The translations under genes were made by a program, and so were the position numbers. The notes under the pieces are model-generated. The model did not search any database and had not been told where the DNA came from. It saw only the letters and a program-made list of their open reading frames with translations. Positions 49,018 through 57,219 of a stretch of 64,000 bases of DNA are shown here, piece after piece (positions within the stretch are counted from its first letter, which is position 1; every line of letters begins with the position of its first letter). The DNA is from Rhodospirillales bacterium (lineage in GTDB: Bacteria > Pseudomonadota > Alphaproteobacteria > Acetobacterales > Acetobacteraceae): NCBI GenBank assembly GCA_028869315.1, contig JAGWSV010000029.1:6304-70303 (forward strand), given 5' to 3'.

Positions 49018-50250
49018 TCATTCCGCCTCCTCCCCCTCCGGCGGGGCGGCATCGAGGCTCGCATCTTCAGCGTAGTTGGTCGTCAGCGTCTCGGTCACCA
49101 GCGCGTCCCGCCGGCCGAGCAGCCGGGCGAGGTCCCATTGCGTCACCCATGACTTGATGTAGTGGCGCATGGTGCGCGAGCTGGTGCGTATCGCCGGCGG
49201 CAGATCGGGAGCCGGCCAGTCATAGGCCTCCGTGTAGAGCACGCGCAGCTTGTCGTGGCAGGCGACGAGGTCGTGCGCTTCCGGCGCGGCGAGGCGATGG
49301 GTGCGCACGCTGCGCTCGATCGCGGCGATGCCGGCGGCCGCGAGCGCCGCTTCATCGTCGCGGCCCTTGAGGCGCAGGCGCTCGGGCAGGCGCTCGCTGT
49401 CGAGCTTGGGATTGATGACCGCTTCGACGAAATCGTCGGTGATCGCGAACAGCGCGACGAGGCCCGCCGGCCGCCGCGCCGCCCCGAACCCGAGCCAGCC
49501 GGCCAGCTGCGCATAGGCCAACGCCCGTTGCAGCGGCGTATAGCGGCCGATCAGCTCGACCTCGTCGAGCAGCAGGCACCAGGGGCCGTAGCCGGCGGCG
49601 CGGAACAGCATCGGCAGGAACGCGATGCGCTGGGCCGCGAGCTGGCGTGGATCGATCCGCGTGAGCGGAAACGTGCCGCGCGCCCCGGCCGCGCGCAGCG
49701 CGGCACGCACGGCCGGGGTGGGAATCCGGCTGCCGCCCAGCATGCGTTCGATGCCGCGCAGCAACTCGGGCGGGCTTGCGGAACGGCGCAGCAGGAACGG
49801 CACGGCGGCGAAGATCGGCGCGAAGCCTGCCTCAGGTGCGCTGACTGCATCCTCCAGCGCCTGCGCCCGGTCGGGATGGGCGCGCAGCTGCGCGAGGCAG
49901 GCGCCGAGCGCATCGTCAGGCCCATCCGGCAGCACCGCGTTGCGCACCGCGGCGGCGAACACGGCGGTGGGGTTCGCGAGCGGGGTTTCCTTGCTGATCG
50001 CGACCCGGCTGACGATGGCGCGCTGGCCGCGCGCGACCTCGGCCAGATAGCCGAGCAGATGCGACTTGCCGGTGCCGAAGCCGCCGGCGAAGCCGAACCC
50101 TGGCGCCGCGTTCGGCTGCCAGGCGGCTTCCAGCGCACGTTCGAAATCAACCTCGATCAAGGTGTGCTCGTTGCCCATCCGGCGGATGGCGGTGCGGTTG
50201 GGCACGCCGGCGCGCAGGGCCTCGATCGCGATGCGCGCCTCGAGGTTCAT
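49018..50250 (-). CDS. P-loop NTPase, possibly DUF2791/BrxD-like
   Basis: Walker A is GGFGTGKSHLLGY and Walker B is CLLLDEVELI. An N-terminal ALRAGVPNRTAIRRMG segment precedes the P-loop. The start ATG at 50250 overlaps the upstream stop (ATGA). The family assignment is from memory and was not searched. Confidence 0.7.
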   Translation of the reverse strand: MNLEARIAIEALRAGVPNRTAIRRMGNEHTLIEVDFERALEAAWQPNAAPGFGFAGGFGTGKSHLLGYLAEVARGQRAIVSRVAISKETPLANPTAVFAAAVRNAVLPDGPDDALGACLAQLRAHPDRAQALEDAVSAPEAGFAPIFAAVPFLLRRSASPPELLRGIERMLGGSRIPTPAVRAALRAAGARGTFPLTRIDPRQLAAQRIAFLPMLFRAAGYGPWCLLLDEVELIGRYTPLQRALAYAQLAGWLGFGAARRPAGLVALFAITDDFVEAVINPKLDSERLPERLRLKGRDDEAALAAAGIAAIERSVRTHRLAAPEAHDLVACHDKLRVLYTEAYDWPAPDLPPAIRTSSRTMRHYIKSWVTQWDLARLLGRRDALVTETLTTNYAEDASLDAAPPEGEEAE

Positions 50251-51203
50251 GCGGCCAGCCACACCAGCGGCGCGACCGGATTCTGGCCCATGCCCGGGCG
50301 CACATCCGGCCAGACCCGCATCCGGAGTGCGTCATAGGAATCGAGCGTGCGACGCGGCTCCCCGGCGATCAGCGCCTCGGTATCCAGCACCACCGCGAAC
50401 AGGCCTGGCAGGTGCTCGGCATCGTCGATCAGTTCGCGCAGCACCTCGAACGTGTCCATCACCGCGGCGGGGGAGTATCGCAGCCCGTCCTCGAGTGCGG
50501 GGCGGGGCAGGTGCAGGCGGCGGGCATCGAGCGTGACCAGCAGTCCTGCCGCGCCGCAAGCCCGCACCCAGTGACAGAGCGAGATCAGCATCGCGCGCGC
50601 ATTGGCCCGGGTGATGCGCCCGCCGATACCGGCCGCGCGCAGCTGTACCGCCGACGGTTTTTCGCCGTGCAGCCACTGGTGTACCGGAGCGGCGGCGTCT
50701 GGATCGGGGTCCAGCGCGGCGTCGCAAAGCTTCAGCATCCCAACGCGGAAATCGAGCGCGTAGGCGCGGTTCTGCCAGATCGCGCGGGTGAGCCAGGCAT
50801 TGATCTGATGGTCGAGCAAGGGCGGTGCGATCGCCAGCGCCTCGGCCAGCGCCGCGCGCGATAGCTTCCGACTCGGATGTGGCCACGCATAGGCGTTGGC
50901 GGCAAACAGCTTCTCCAGGAAGCTCTGCGCCAGCGCGGTCCAGTCCATGGCACGGGCGAGTGCGAAGAACAGATCCTGCGGCATGTGCAGCCGCGTGTCC
51001 GCGGCGTCGATCGCAACCGGAAGCAGTTGGTGCCGGCGGGCCAGCCCGCCGAGCCGTGCGATCGCGGGCGCGATCAGTGTCTCCTCCATCACGGCAATCC
51101 TGAGCGCAGCGCCGCCAGCGGGCACGAACTCCGCCAGATACTCCGACGTCACGATTTCGAGCCAGGCGCCGAGAGCGATCGGTTCCGGAGAGAGGTCCTC
51201 CAT
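50247..51203 (-). CDS. Hypothetical protein (318 aa), second gene of the SNF2/P-loop operon
   Basis: It is a continuous ORF with host-like codon composition. The start ATG at 51203 lies 1 nt after the upstream TGA. I see no Walker A. Strand-Asp segments (LLVTLDARR, FAVVLDTE) hint at a degenerate NTPase. Confidence 0.55.
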   Translation of the reverse strand: MEDLSPEPIALGAWLEIVTSEYLAEFVPAGGAALRIAVMEETLIAPAIARLGGLARRHQLLPVAIDAADTRLHMPQDLFFALARAMDWTALAQSFLEKLFAANAYAWPHPSRKLSRAALAEALAIAPPLLDHQINAWLTRAIWQNRAYALDFRVGMLKLCDAALDPDPDAAAPVHQWLHGEKPSAVQLRAAGIGGRITRANARAMLISLCHWVRACGAAGLLVTLDARRLHLPRPALEDGLRYSPAAVMDTFEVLRELIDDAEHLPGLFAVVLDTEALIAGEPRRTLDSYDALRMRVWPDVRPGMGQNPVAPLVWLAA

Positions 51204-51204
51204 G

Positions 51205-52032
51205 TCACGAATCAAGTACGAATCGAATCGCGAAATAATCATGCTGCTCGCCCTGCTCGTCGAACAGCGTGAGGCGTTTGGCGCCTTTCTTGCCGGTGGA
51301 ACCGGCAAATTCGAACCGATGGCCGCGCGCCGCCCGAGCCTCGGGCACGCGGTCGAGGCGCAGCAGGTCGCAGACGAATTCTTCCACCGGATAGTCGGCC
51401 GCGGCGACCGGAGCGAGGGTCAGGACATCGTACAGGTCGGACAGCGAAACGACCGGCCCCGGGCCGGGCCGGTCGGGGCGCCAGCCCGGCGTCTCCGCGC
51501 GGGCGAGCAACGCATAGGGTTTCAGCATCCGGTCGAGAAAGCCGCCGGCGTTGAATCGACTGGGCCGCGATTGCAGCTTCTTGAGCTCGGCTGCCAGAAA
51601 AGCCGGGCGGATGCGCCGTTCGAGCTTCTTGCCGATCCGCACCGCCTGGGCGCGGGCATCGAGGCGAAGGATCACGGGATAGGCGGTGATCCGGCCGTCC
51701 CGTTGCACCAGGGTCAGTTCCGCCTGGCGTGCCGCAGTCGCCAACTCGCTCAGGTAGCTGCCGTCGGCGAATGCCGCAGCGGTGTCGTAGGCGAACGCAT
51801 CGGCCGCCGCGCGCAACGGCTCGGCGGCAGCGCGCGCGGCATCGGCCGCTTCGGTCATGCGGGACGCCAGTCCGGCAAGATCCCCCTCCTGCGACGCCCG
51901 ACGCAGGCGACGGAGGAGCTTCAGCACGCCGCTTAGCTGGCGCTCTGCATCCCCTACCACGACCTCGGTGCCGGCCAGCAAGGCCGCCAGCGATGTCGGT
52001 GCCAGGGGCGAGTCGGGCGTTGATGCATCCAT
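51205..52032 (-). CDS. Hypothetical protein (275 aa), first gene of the SNF2/P-loop operon
   Basis: The N-terminal half is Ala-rich and helical. The C-terminus reads RFEFAGSTGKKGAKRLTLFDEQGEQHDYFAIRFVLD. I recognise no family. No clear SD precedes ATG 52032. Confidence 0.55.
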   Translation of the reverse strand: MDASTPDSPLAPTSLAALLAGTEVVVGDAERQLSGVLKLLRRLRRASQEGDLAGLASRMTEAADAARAAAEPLRAAADAFAYDTAAAFADGSYLSELATAARQAELTLVQRDGRITAYPVILRLDARAQAVRIGKKLERRIRPAFLAAELKKLQSRPSRFNAGGFLDRMLKPYALLARAETPGWRPDRPGPGPVVSLSDLYDVLTLAPVAAADYPVEEFVCDLLRLDRVPEARAARGHRFEFAGSTGKKGAKRLTLFDEQGEQHDYFAIRFVLDS

Positions 52033-52424
52033 GACGTCAGGCTACCGACGCGGGGCGGCAGCGACAAGTAGCCCGGCGCCGGGGAGCGTCTCGGTTTGCA
52101 TGGCAAGTCGGCGCCGGCCGACACTCAACCGCGGCGAGCCTTGCCGGCAAGCGATCTTTGGGCCGCCGGGTTCGGATGCGGGAACGTGGCCGACTTGCGA
52201 CGCATTCATTAAATCGCGGGCGGATGCGTCATCCGGCTGCCTCCCCGGTCGACGCGACATGGATTCCGGGGCAGAGTAGCGTCGTTGGCAGGTGCAACTG
52301 CCGGGTGTATCGGGCGCGATCCGTTGGCGGACGCGGTTGCGAAGCCCGGTTACTCAGGATTGGGACGAGGTCGGCTGCCGTGCTGCAGGACCGCAGGTCG
52401 AGGTTGGCGGATGACCGATTTTCG

Positions 52425-53627
52425 GTGAAGGCCAGCTTGATTGACGATGGAGGGCAGTCGGCGCCGCGGCTCGGCGCCGAACTGGCGATTGCGCGCGAGC
52501 GCCTGGGCCGCACCCTGCCGGAATTGTCGCACCTGCTGCGCATCCGCACCCCGTACCTGCAGGCGCTGGAACAGGGGCGGATCGATGCCCTGCCGGGCCG
52601 GGCCTACGCGCTTGCGTTTCTCCGCACCTATGCCACGGCGTTGGGATTGGATCCGGATGAGGCGGTGCGCCGCTTCAAGGCCGAAGCCGCGGCCTTCGGC
52701 GACAAGATCGAACTGGATTTTCCTGCCCCGCTGCCGGAGCGTGGGCTGCCGACCGGGGCGTTGCTGCTGCTCGGCCTCGTACTCGCGGTGGGGGCCTATG
52801 CCGGCTGGTACCGGCTGTCTGGCGATGGACGCCTGCCGGCCGAGACGGTGCAGCCCGTGCCGGCGCGGCTGGCTCGGCTGGCCGCGCCGGAGCGGCCGGC
52901 CCCGGAGGCAACAGCGGGCAGCACAACGGGCAGCACAACGGGCACCCCGCCCGGCCCGTTGGTGAGCGCCGGTCGCGGCGGCGCGGGCTCTGGCGCATCG
53001 CTCGGCGCTGCCGGAGGCGCTGCGGGAACCGGAAGCGTGGCCGGACCGTCGACCGGCGTCGCCGCCGCGACACCGGCAAGCGGGACAAAGACCGCCCTCT
53101 CCACCGTGGCCACCACCGGATCCGGGGCTGGCGCGGGAGCCGGCCCGACACAGTCTGTGACGGCGCCGCCGCCGGATGTGGCGCCCGGGTCCGCCGCCGC
53201 GGCGACCCCGACGCCGGCGGAGGACGCGGCGATGCTAGCCTCCGGCCCCGCGTCCAGGCCAGCGCTCGCGGTGCTCGCCACCGCGGATGCCTGGGTACAG
53301 GTGCGGTCCGATAGCGGAGCGGTGGTCTTCAGTCGTCTGCTGCACGCGGGCCAGAGCTGGACGGTTCCCCCTGGGCAGACCCTGACCCTGACCACCGGCA
53401 ATGCGGGCGGGACGGAGCTGGTCCGCAACGGGACACCCTCGGCCCCCCTGGGTATGCCGGGCGCGGTGCTGCACAACGTACCATTGGGGCCCGCCACGCT
53501 CACCGGCCCCGTCACTGGCGCTCCAATCACTGGCGCCCCAATCACTGGCGCCCCAATCACTGGCGCCACCGTCACTGCCCCGGTGCCGGGCGCGGCTACC
53601 CAGACCGCTTCCACCGGGACGCGTTGA
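52425..53627 (+). CDS. rodZ: RodZ-like cytoskeleton protein (HTH, TM, low-complexity linker, DUF4115-like C-domain)
   Basis: An XRE-type HTH is present (LGAELAIARERLGRTLPELSHLLRIRTPYLQALEQGRIDALPGRAYALAFLRTY). A TM helix and a Gly/Ala/Thr/Pro-rich linker follow. The C-domain reads DAWVQVRSDSGAVVFSRLLHAGQSWTVP. It sits upstream of ispG as in many bacteria. The start is uncertain, with GTG 52425 as my proposal. Confidence 0.7.
   Translation: MKASLIDDGGQSAPRLGAELAIARERLGRTLPELSHLLRIRTPYLQALEQGRIDALPGRAYALAFLRTYATALGLDPDEAVRRFKAEAAAFGDKIELDFPAPLPERGLPTGALLLLGLVLAVGAYAGWYRLSGDGRLPAETVQPVPARLARLAAPERPAPEATAGSTTGSTTGTPPGPLVSAGRGGAGSGASLGAAGGAAGTGSVAGPSTGVAAATPASGTKTALSTVATTGSGAGAGAGPTQSVTAPPPDVAPGSAAAATPTPAEDAAMLASGPASRPALAVLATADAWVQVRSDSGAVVFSRLLHAGQSWTVPPGQTLTLTTGNAGGTELVRNGTPSAPLGMPGAVLHNVPLGPATLTGPVTGAPITGAPITGAPITGATVTAPVPGAATQTASTGTR
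53513..53577. repeat. 15-bp in-frame tandem repeat (about 4 copies) at the rodZ 3' end
   Basis: The sequence reads cactggcgctccaat / cactggcgccccaat / cactggcgccccaat / cactggcgccaccgt. It encodes (ITGAP)n. Confidence 0.85.
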
Positions 53628-53903
53628 TGACCATTGGCGGTACCACCCTGGCGTGCTGCGCCGACGCACCCATCTCAGAGCTGCTACGGTTCCTGGCACA
53701 ATGATCCGTTGCGAGACTTCAGGAATCACCCGCGATTGCATATGACGGGCAGGTGCTGGCGGCGGCATGGCCGGGCGTCCGACTTCTTCCCGGGGTCGTT
53801 GGCCACGAGCGCGTAACCCCGGCCTGACAACCCCCGGGGCTCATGACCCCGCGGACCGATGGTCCGTGGGTTTTCTTGCCCCAAGGACGGAGACCACGAT
53901 CCG

Positions 53904-55031
53904 ATGAGCAGCTACCGGCCCTACCAGGACATCACCCGCCGCAAGTCCCGCCAGATCATGGTGGGCCGGGTCCCGGTGGGCGGCGACGCGCCGATCACGG
54001 TGCAGACCATGACGAACACCCTCACCACCGACGTGGCCGGCACCGTCGCGCAGATCCGCCGCGCCGAGCTCGCCGGGGTGGATATCGTCCGGGTGTCCTG
54101 CCCCGATCGCGAGAGCGCGATCGCGTTGAAGGAGATCGTGCACGAGGTGAACGTGCCGATCGTCGCCGACATCCATTTCCACTACAAGCGCGCCATCGAG
54201 GCGGCCGAGAGCGGCGCCGCCTGCCTGCGCATCAATCCGGGCAATATCGGCTCCGACGAGCGGGTGCGCGAGGTCATTAAGGCGGCGCGCGACCACGGCT
54301 GCTCGATGCGGATCGGCGTCAACGCGGGGTCGCTGGAGAAGCACCTGCTGGAAAAATACGGCGAGCCGAACCCGGAGGCGCTGGTCGAGAGCGCGCTCTA
54401 TCACGCCGACATCCTGCAGCAGCACGATTTCCACGACTTCAAGATCAGCGTTAAGGCGTCGGACGTGTTCCTGGCCGTCGCCGCCTACCAGCAGCTCGCC
54501 GAAGTCTGCGATCACCCGCTGCATATCGGCATCACCGAGGCCGGCGGGCGGCGGATGGGCACGGTGAAGTCGGCGATCGGCCTCGGCTCCCTGCTCTGGG
54601 CCGGCATCGGCGACACGTTGCGCGTGTCGCTGTCGGCCGAGCCGGAGGAGGAGGTCCGGGTCGGCTGGGACATGCTGAAAGCGCTCGGCATCCGCCATCG
54701 CGGGGTGAAGGTGATCTCCTGCCCGTCCTGCGCACGCCAGGGGTTCAACGTGATCGCCACGGTGCAGGAGCTGGAGGAGCGGCTCGCGCATATCGAGACG
54801 CCGCTGACCCTGTCGATCATCGGCTGCGTGGTGAACGGCCCCGGCGAGGCGCTGATGACCGATCTCGGCGTTACCGGCGGCGGCGCCGGCCGGCACATGG
54901 TTTATGCGGCCGGCAGGACCGACCATACGGTCGAGGCCGGGGCGCTGGTCGAGCACATCGTCGAACTGGTGGAAGCCAAGGCAGCCGCGTTGCGGGCGGC
55001 GACGGGCGTGGAGAAGGTGGCCGCCGAATAG
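53904..55031 (+). CDS. ispG: 4-hydroxy-3-methylbut-2-en-1-yl diphosphate synthase
   Basis: The sequence reads [28 protein letters not shown] ... IVADIHFHY ... RINPGNIG ... SCPSCAR ... GCVVNGPGE. Confidence 0.93.
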   Translation: MSSYRPYQDITRRKSRQIMVGRVPVGGDAPITVQTMTNTLTTDVAGTVAQIRRAELAGVDIVRVSCPDRESAIALKEIVHEVNVPIVADIHFHYKRAIEAAESGAACLRINPGNIGSDERVREVIKAARDHGCSMRIGVNAGSLEKHLLEKYGEPNPEALVESALYHADILQQHDFHDFKISVKASDVFLAVAAYQQLAEVCDHPLHIGITEAGGRRMGTVKSAIGLGSLLWAGIGDTLRVSLSAEPEEEVRVGWDMLKALGIRHRGVKVISCPSCARQGFNVIATVQELEERLAHIETPLTLSIIGCVVNGPGEALMTDLGVTGGGAGRHMVYAAGRTDHTVEAGALVEHIVELVEAKAAALRAATGVEKVAAE

Positions 55032-55122
55032 GCGTCCCTCCCCGCTCCCGCCCGGTCCATGCTCGTGGTCCGATTGCCGACACCGGCTTCAGGCGTTGGC
55101 TGAATCGGCCTACCAAATCAAG

Positions 55123-55170
55123 CGAGTGCTCTGACTCGTGCTGAATCTTCCGATTGTGTCAGAGCACTCG
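55123..55170. other. 13-bp perfect inverted repeat (hairpin with a 22-nt loop) downstream of ispG
   Basis: cgagtgctctgac (55123-55135) and gtcagagcactcg (55158-55170) are exact reverse complements. No U-tract follows. Confidence 0.5.
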
Positions 55171-55388
55171 GTGCGGCGGGAGCGCGGCGCGCACCGCGTC
55201 CGATTGCCCGCCGTCCGTGCGATCCTGCTTGGCACGCCATCGTGCGGCCGTGATTATGCACGACGCTGGGTGGTTTGGTGACCCACCCGGACTTGGCACG
55301 ATTTTTGTCCAAACTACTTGTAGCAGTTGACCCCTGTTCGCGGGGGGTCGATACAGTCGCCGCACCGCACAAGGACTGCCGGACCGTC

Positions 55389-56441
55389 ATGAGCGCCGCT
55401 TCGCCTCTTTCCATCCTCCCCTGTGCCCTCGGCGGTGCGGACGAACGGGGTGTGGGCGGGCGCAAGAGCGACGGGCAGAATGGAGACGAGCGGGAGGTGG
55501 CCCGTGCCGTCCTCGCGGCCGAGGCGGCCGGGCTGGCCGCCTTGTCCGCGGCGCTCGACGACCGGTTCACCGCCGCCGTCGACATCCTCGGGGCGGCAAC
55601 CGGGCGGGTCGTGGTGTCCGGCATGGGCAAATCCGGCCATGTCGGCCGCAAGATCGCCGCCACCCTGGCTTCCACCGGCACCCCGGCCCTGTTCGTACAC
55701 CCGGCCGAGGCGTCGCACGGCGATCTCGGCATGATCGTTGCCGGGGATGCGGTGCTGGCGCTGTCGAACTCCGGTGAAACCCCTGAACTCGCCGATCTGG
55801 TCGCGCACACGCGGCGCTTCGGCATCGGCCTGGTGGGGATCACCGCCGGCCCCGATTCGGCGCTGGCGGGCGCCGCCGACGTGCTGCTGCTGCTGCCGCG
55901 GGCCGCGGAAGCTTGCCCGATGGGGCTTGCGCCGACCACCAGTACGGTGATGCAGATGGCCCTCGGCGACGCGCTCGCGGTGGCGCTGCTGACGCGGCGC
56001 GGCTTCGGCGCAGCCGATTTCCGCCGCTTCCATCCTGGCGGACGGCTTGGTGCGCGGCTGAAGCGGGTGCGGGAGCTCATGCACACCGGCGCCGCGGTGC
56101 CCCTGGTCGCGCCGGAGACACCGATGCACCAGGCGCTGCTGGTGATGACCGAGAAGCGCTTCGGCTGCCTCGGCGTGACGGATGCCGCCGGGCGGCTGAT
56201 CGGCGTGGTGACCGACGGCGATCTGCGCCGGCACATGGGGCCCGACCTGCTCGACCGAACGGTGGCCGCGATCATGACTGGCGCGCCGCGCCATATCGGC
56301 CCCGAGCACCTGGCGGAGGAGGCTCTGGCGCTGATGAACGCGCCGGCCCGCCCAATCACGGCCTTGTTCGTGCTGGACGCTGCCGGCCGGCCGCTGGGTA
56401 TCCTGCATATCCACGACGTGCTGCGTGCGGGGGTTGCATGA
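55389..56441 (+). CDS. kdsD: Arabinose-5-phosphate isomerase (SIS plus CBS pair)
   Basis: VVVSGMGKSGHVGRKIAATLASTGTPALFVHPAEASHGDLGMI is present. The C-terminal part holds CBS modules. It sits upstream of lptC-lptA-lptB. Confidence 0.88.
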   Translation: MSAASPLSILPCALGGADERGVGGRKSDGQNGDEREVARAVLAAEAAGLAALSAALDDRFTAAVDILGAATGRVVVSGMGKSGHVGRKIAATLASTGTPALFVHPAEASHGDLGMIVAGDAVLALSNSGETPELADLVAHTRRFGIGLVGITAGPDSALAGAADVLLLLPRAAEACPMGLAPTTSTVMQMALGDALAVALLTRRGFGAADFRRFHPGGRLGARLKRVRELMHTGAAVPLVAPETPMHQALLVMTEKRFGCLGVTDAAGRLIGVVTDGDLRRHMGPDLLDRTVAAIMTGAPRHIGPEHLAEEALALMNAPARPITALFVLDAAGRPLGILHIHDVLRAGVA

Positions 56442-56463
56442 GCGCCGCCGCACGCCGGGGGAC

Positions 56464-57219
56464 ATGGTGAGCGAAGCCAGGCGTCCCGAACCGTCGGCCG
56501 GGAGGGCCGAAACCAGCGGAGCGGCCGCGGGCATACCGGACCCGCGCGTGACGGGATACCCCGCGGGATACTCCCCAATGGGACATTCCATGGGCCGGGC
56601 CTTCGCAAGGCTGCGTGACTCGGGCATTCCCTCCCGTCTCGCGCGGCGGCGGCGCAGCGTGCGCCTGGCCAAGTTCGTGCTGCCCAGCCTGGCGCTCGCG
56701 CTGCTGACGTCGCTGGCGCTCTGGCCGCAGATGTCGGGCGAGAACGTCCCCACCCAGCTCGATTTCCGGGCGATGACCCAGGGGGTGCATGGCGATACGG
56801 TGTACGGTGCCCGGTATCGCGGTGTGGATCAGGACAACCGGCCGTACACGGTGACCGCCGAAGTGGCCCAGCGGGTTGGCCCCGATCGGGTGGACCTGCG
56901 CCAGCCGCAGGGCGATCTGCGGCTGAGCTCCGGCGGTTCGGTCACCCTGGAGGCGAAGCGTGGCGTCTACCGCGAGGCGCAGCACGCGCTCGATCTGTCG
57001 GATGACGTAACCTTGTACCGCGACGACGGGACCACGTTGATCACCGCCGCTGCCGCAATCGATCTCCATCGTGGAGCGGCGGCTGGCGCGGCGCCGGTCG
57101 ATGCCACCGGGCCGTTCGGAGTCCTGACCGCCAAGGGCGGCTTCACCTTGCTCGATCGCGGCTCCAACATCCTGTTCGCCGGACCGGCGCGGCTCGTGCT
57201 CGACGGAGTGACCCGATGA
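56464..57219 (+). CDS. lptC: LPS export protein LptC-like
   Basis: It has a single N-terminal TM (FVLPSLALALLTSLALW) followed by an OstA-like beta-jellyroll region. It lies between kdsD and lptA. The start is uncertain. Confidence 0.65.
   Translation: MVSEARRPEPSAGRAETSGAAAGIPDPRVTGYPAGYSPMGHSMGRAFARLRDSGIPSRLARRRRSVRLAKFVLPSLALALLTSLALWPQMSGENVPTQLDFRAMTQGVHGDTVYGARYRGVDQDNRPYTVTAEVAQRVGPDRVDLRQPQGDLRLSSGGSVTLEAKRGVYREAQHALDLSDDVTLYRDDGTTLITAAAAIDLHRGAAAGAAPVDATGPFGVLTAKGGFTLLDRGSNILFAGPARLVLDGVTR

Noticed and set aside
47647-52032. The SNF2/P-loop cluster could be an obvious mobile island or a complete BREX or DISARM locus.
   Set aside because: No integrase, transposase, tRNA flank, methyltransferase, PglZ, PLD or DUF1998-like gene is visible. 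Composition looks host-like. I therefore report it as an unclassified candidate, not as a named system.
53688-53708. TGGCAC...TTGC upstream of ispG could have been a sigma-54 promoter.
   Set aside because: The spacing between the GG and the TTGC elements is 4 nt too long for a -24/-12 promoter.
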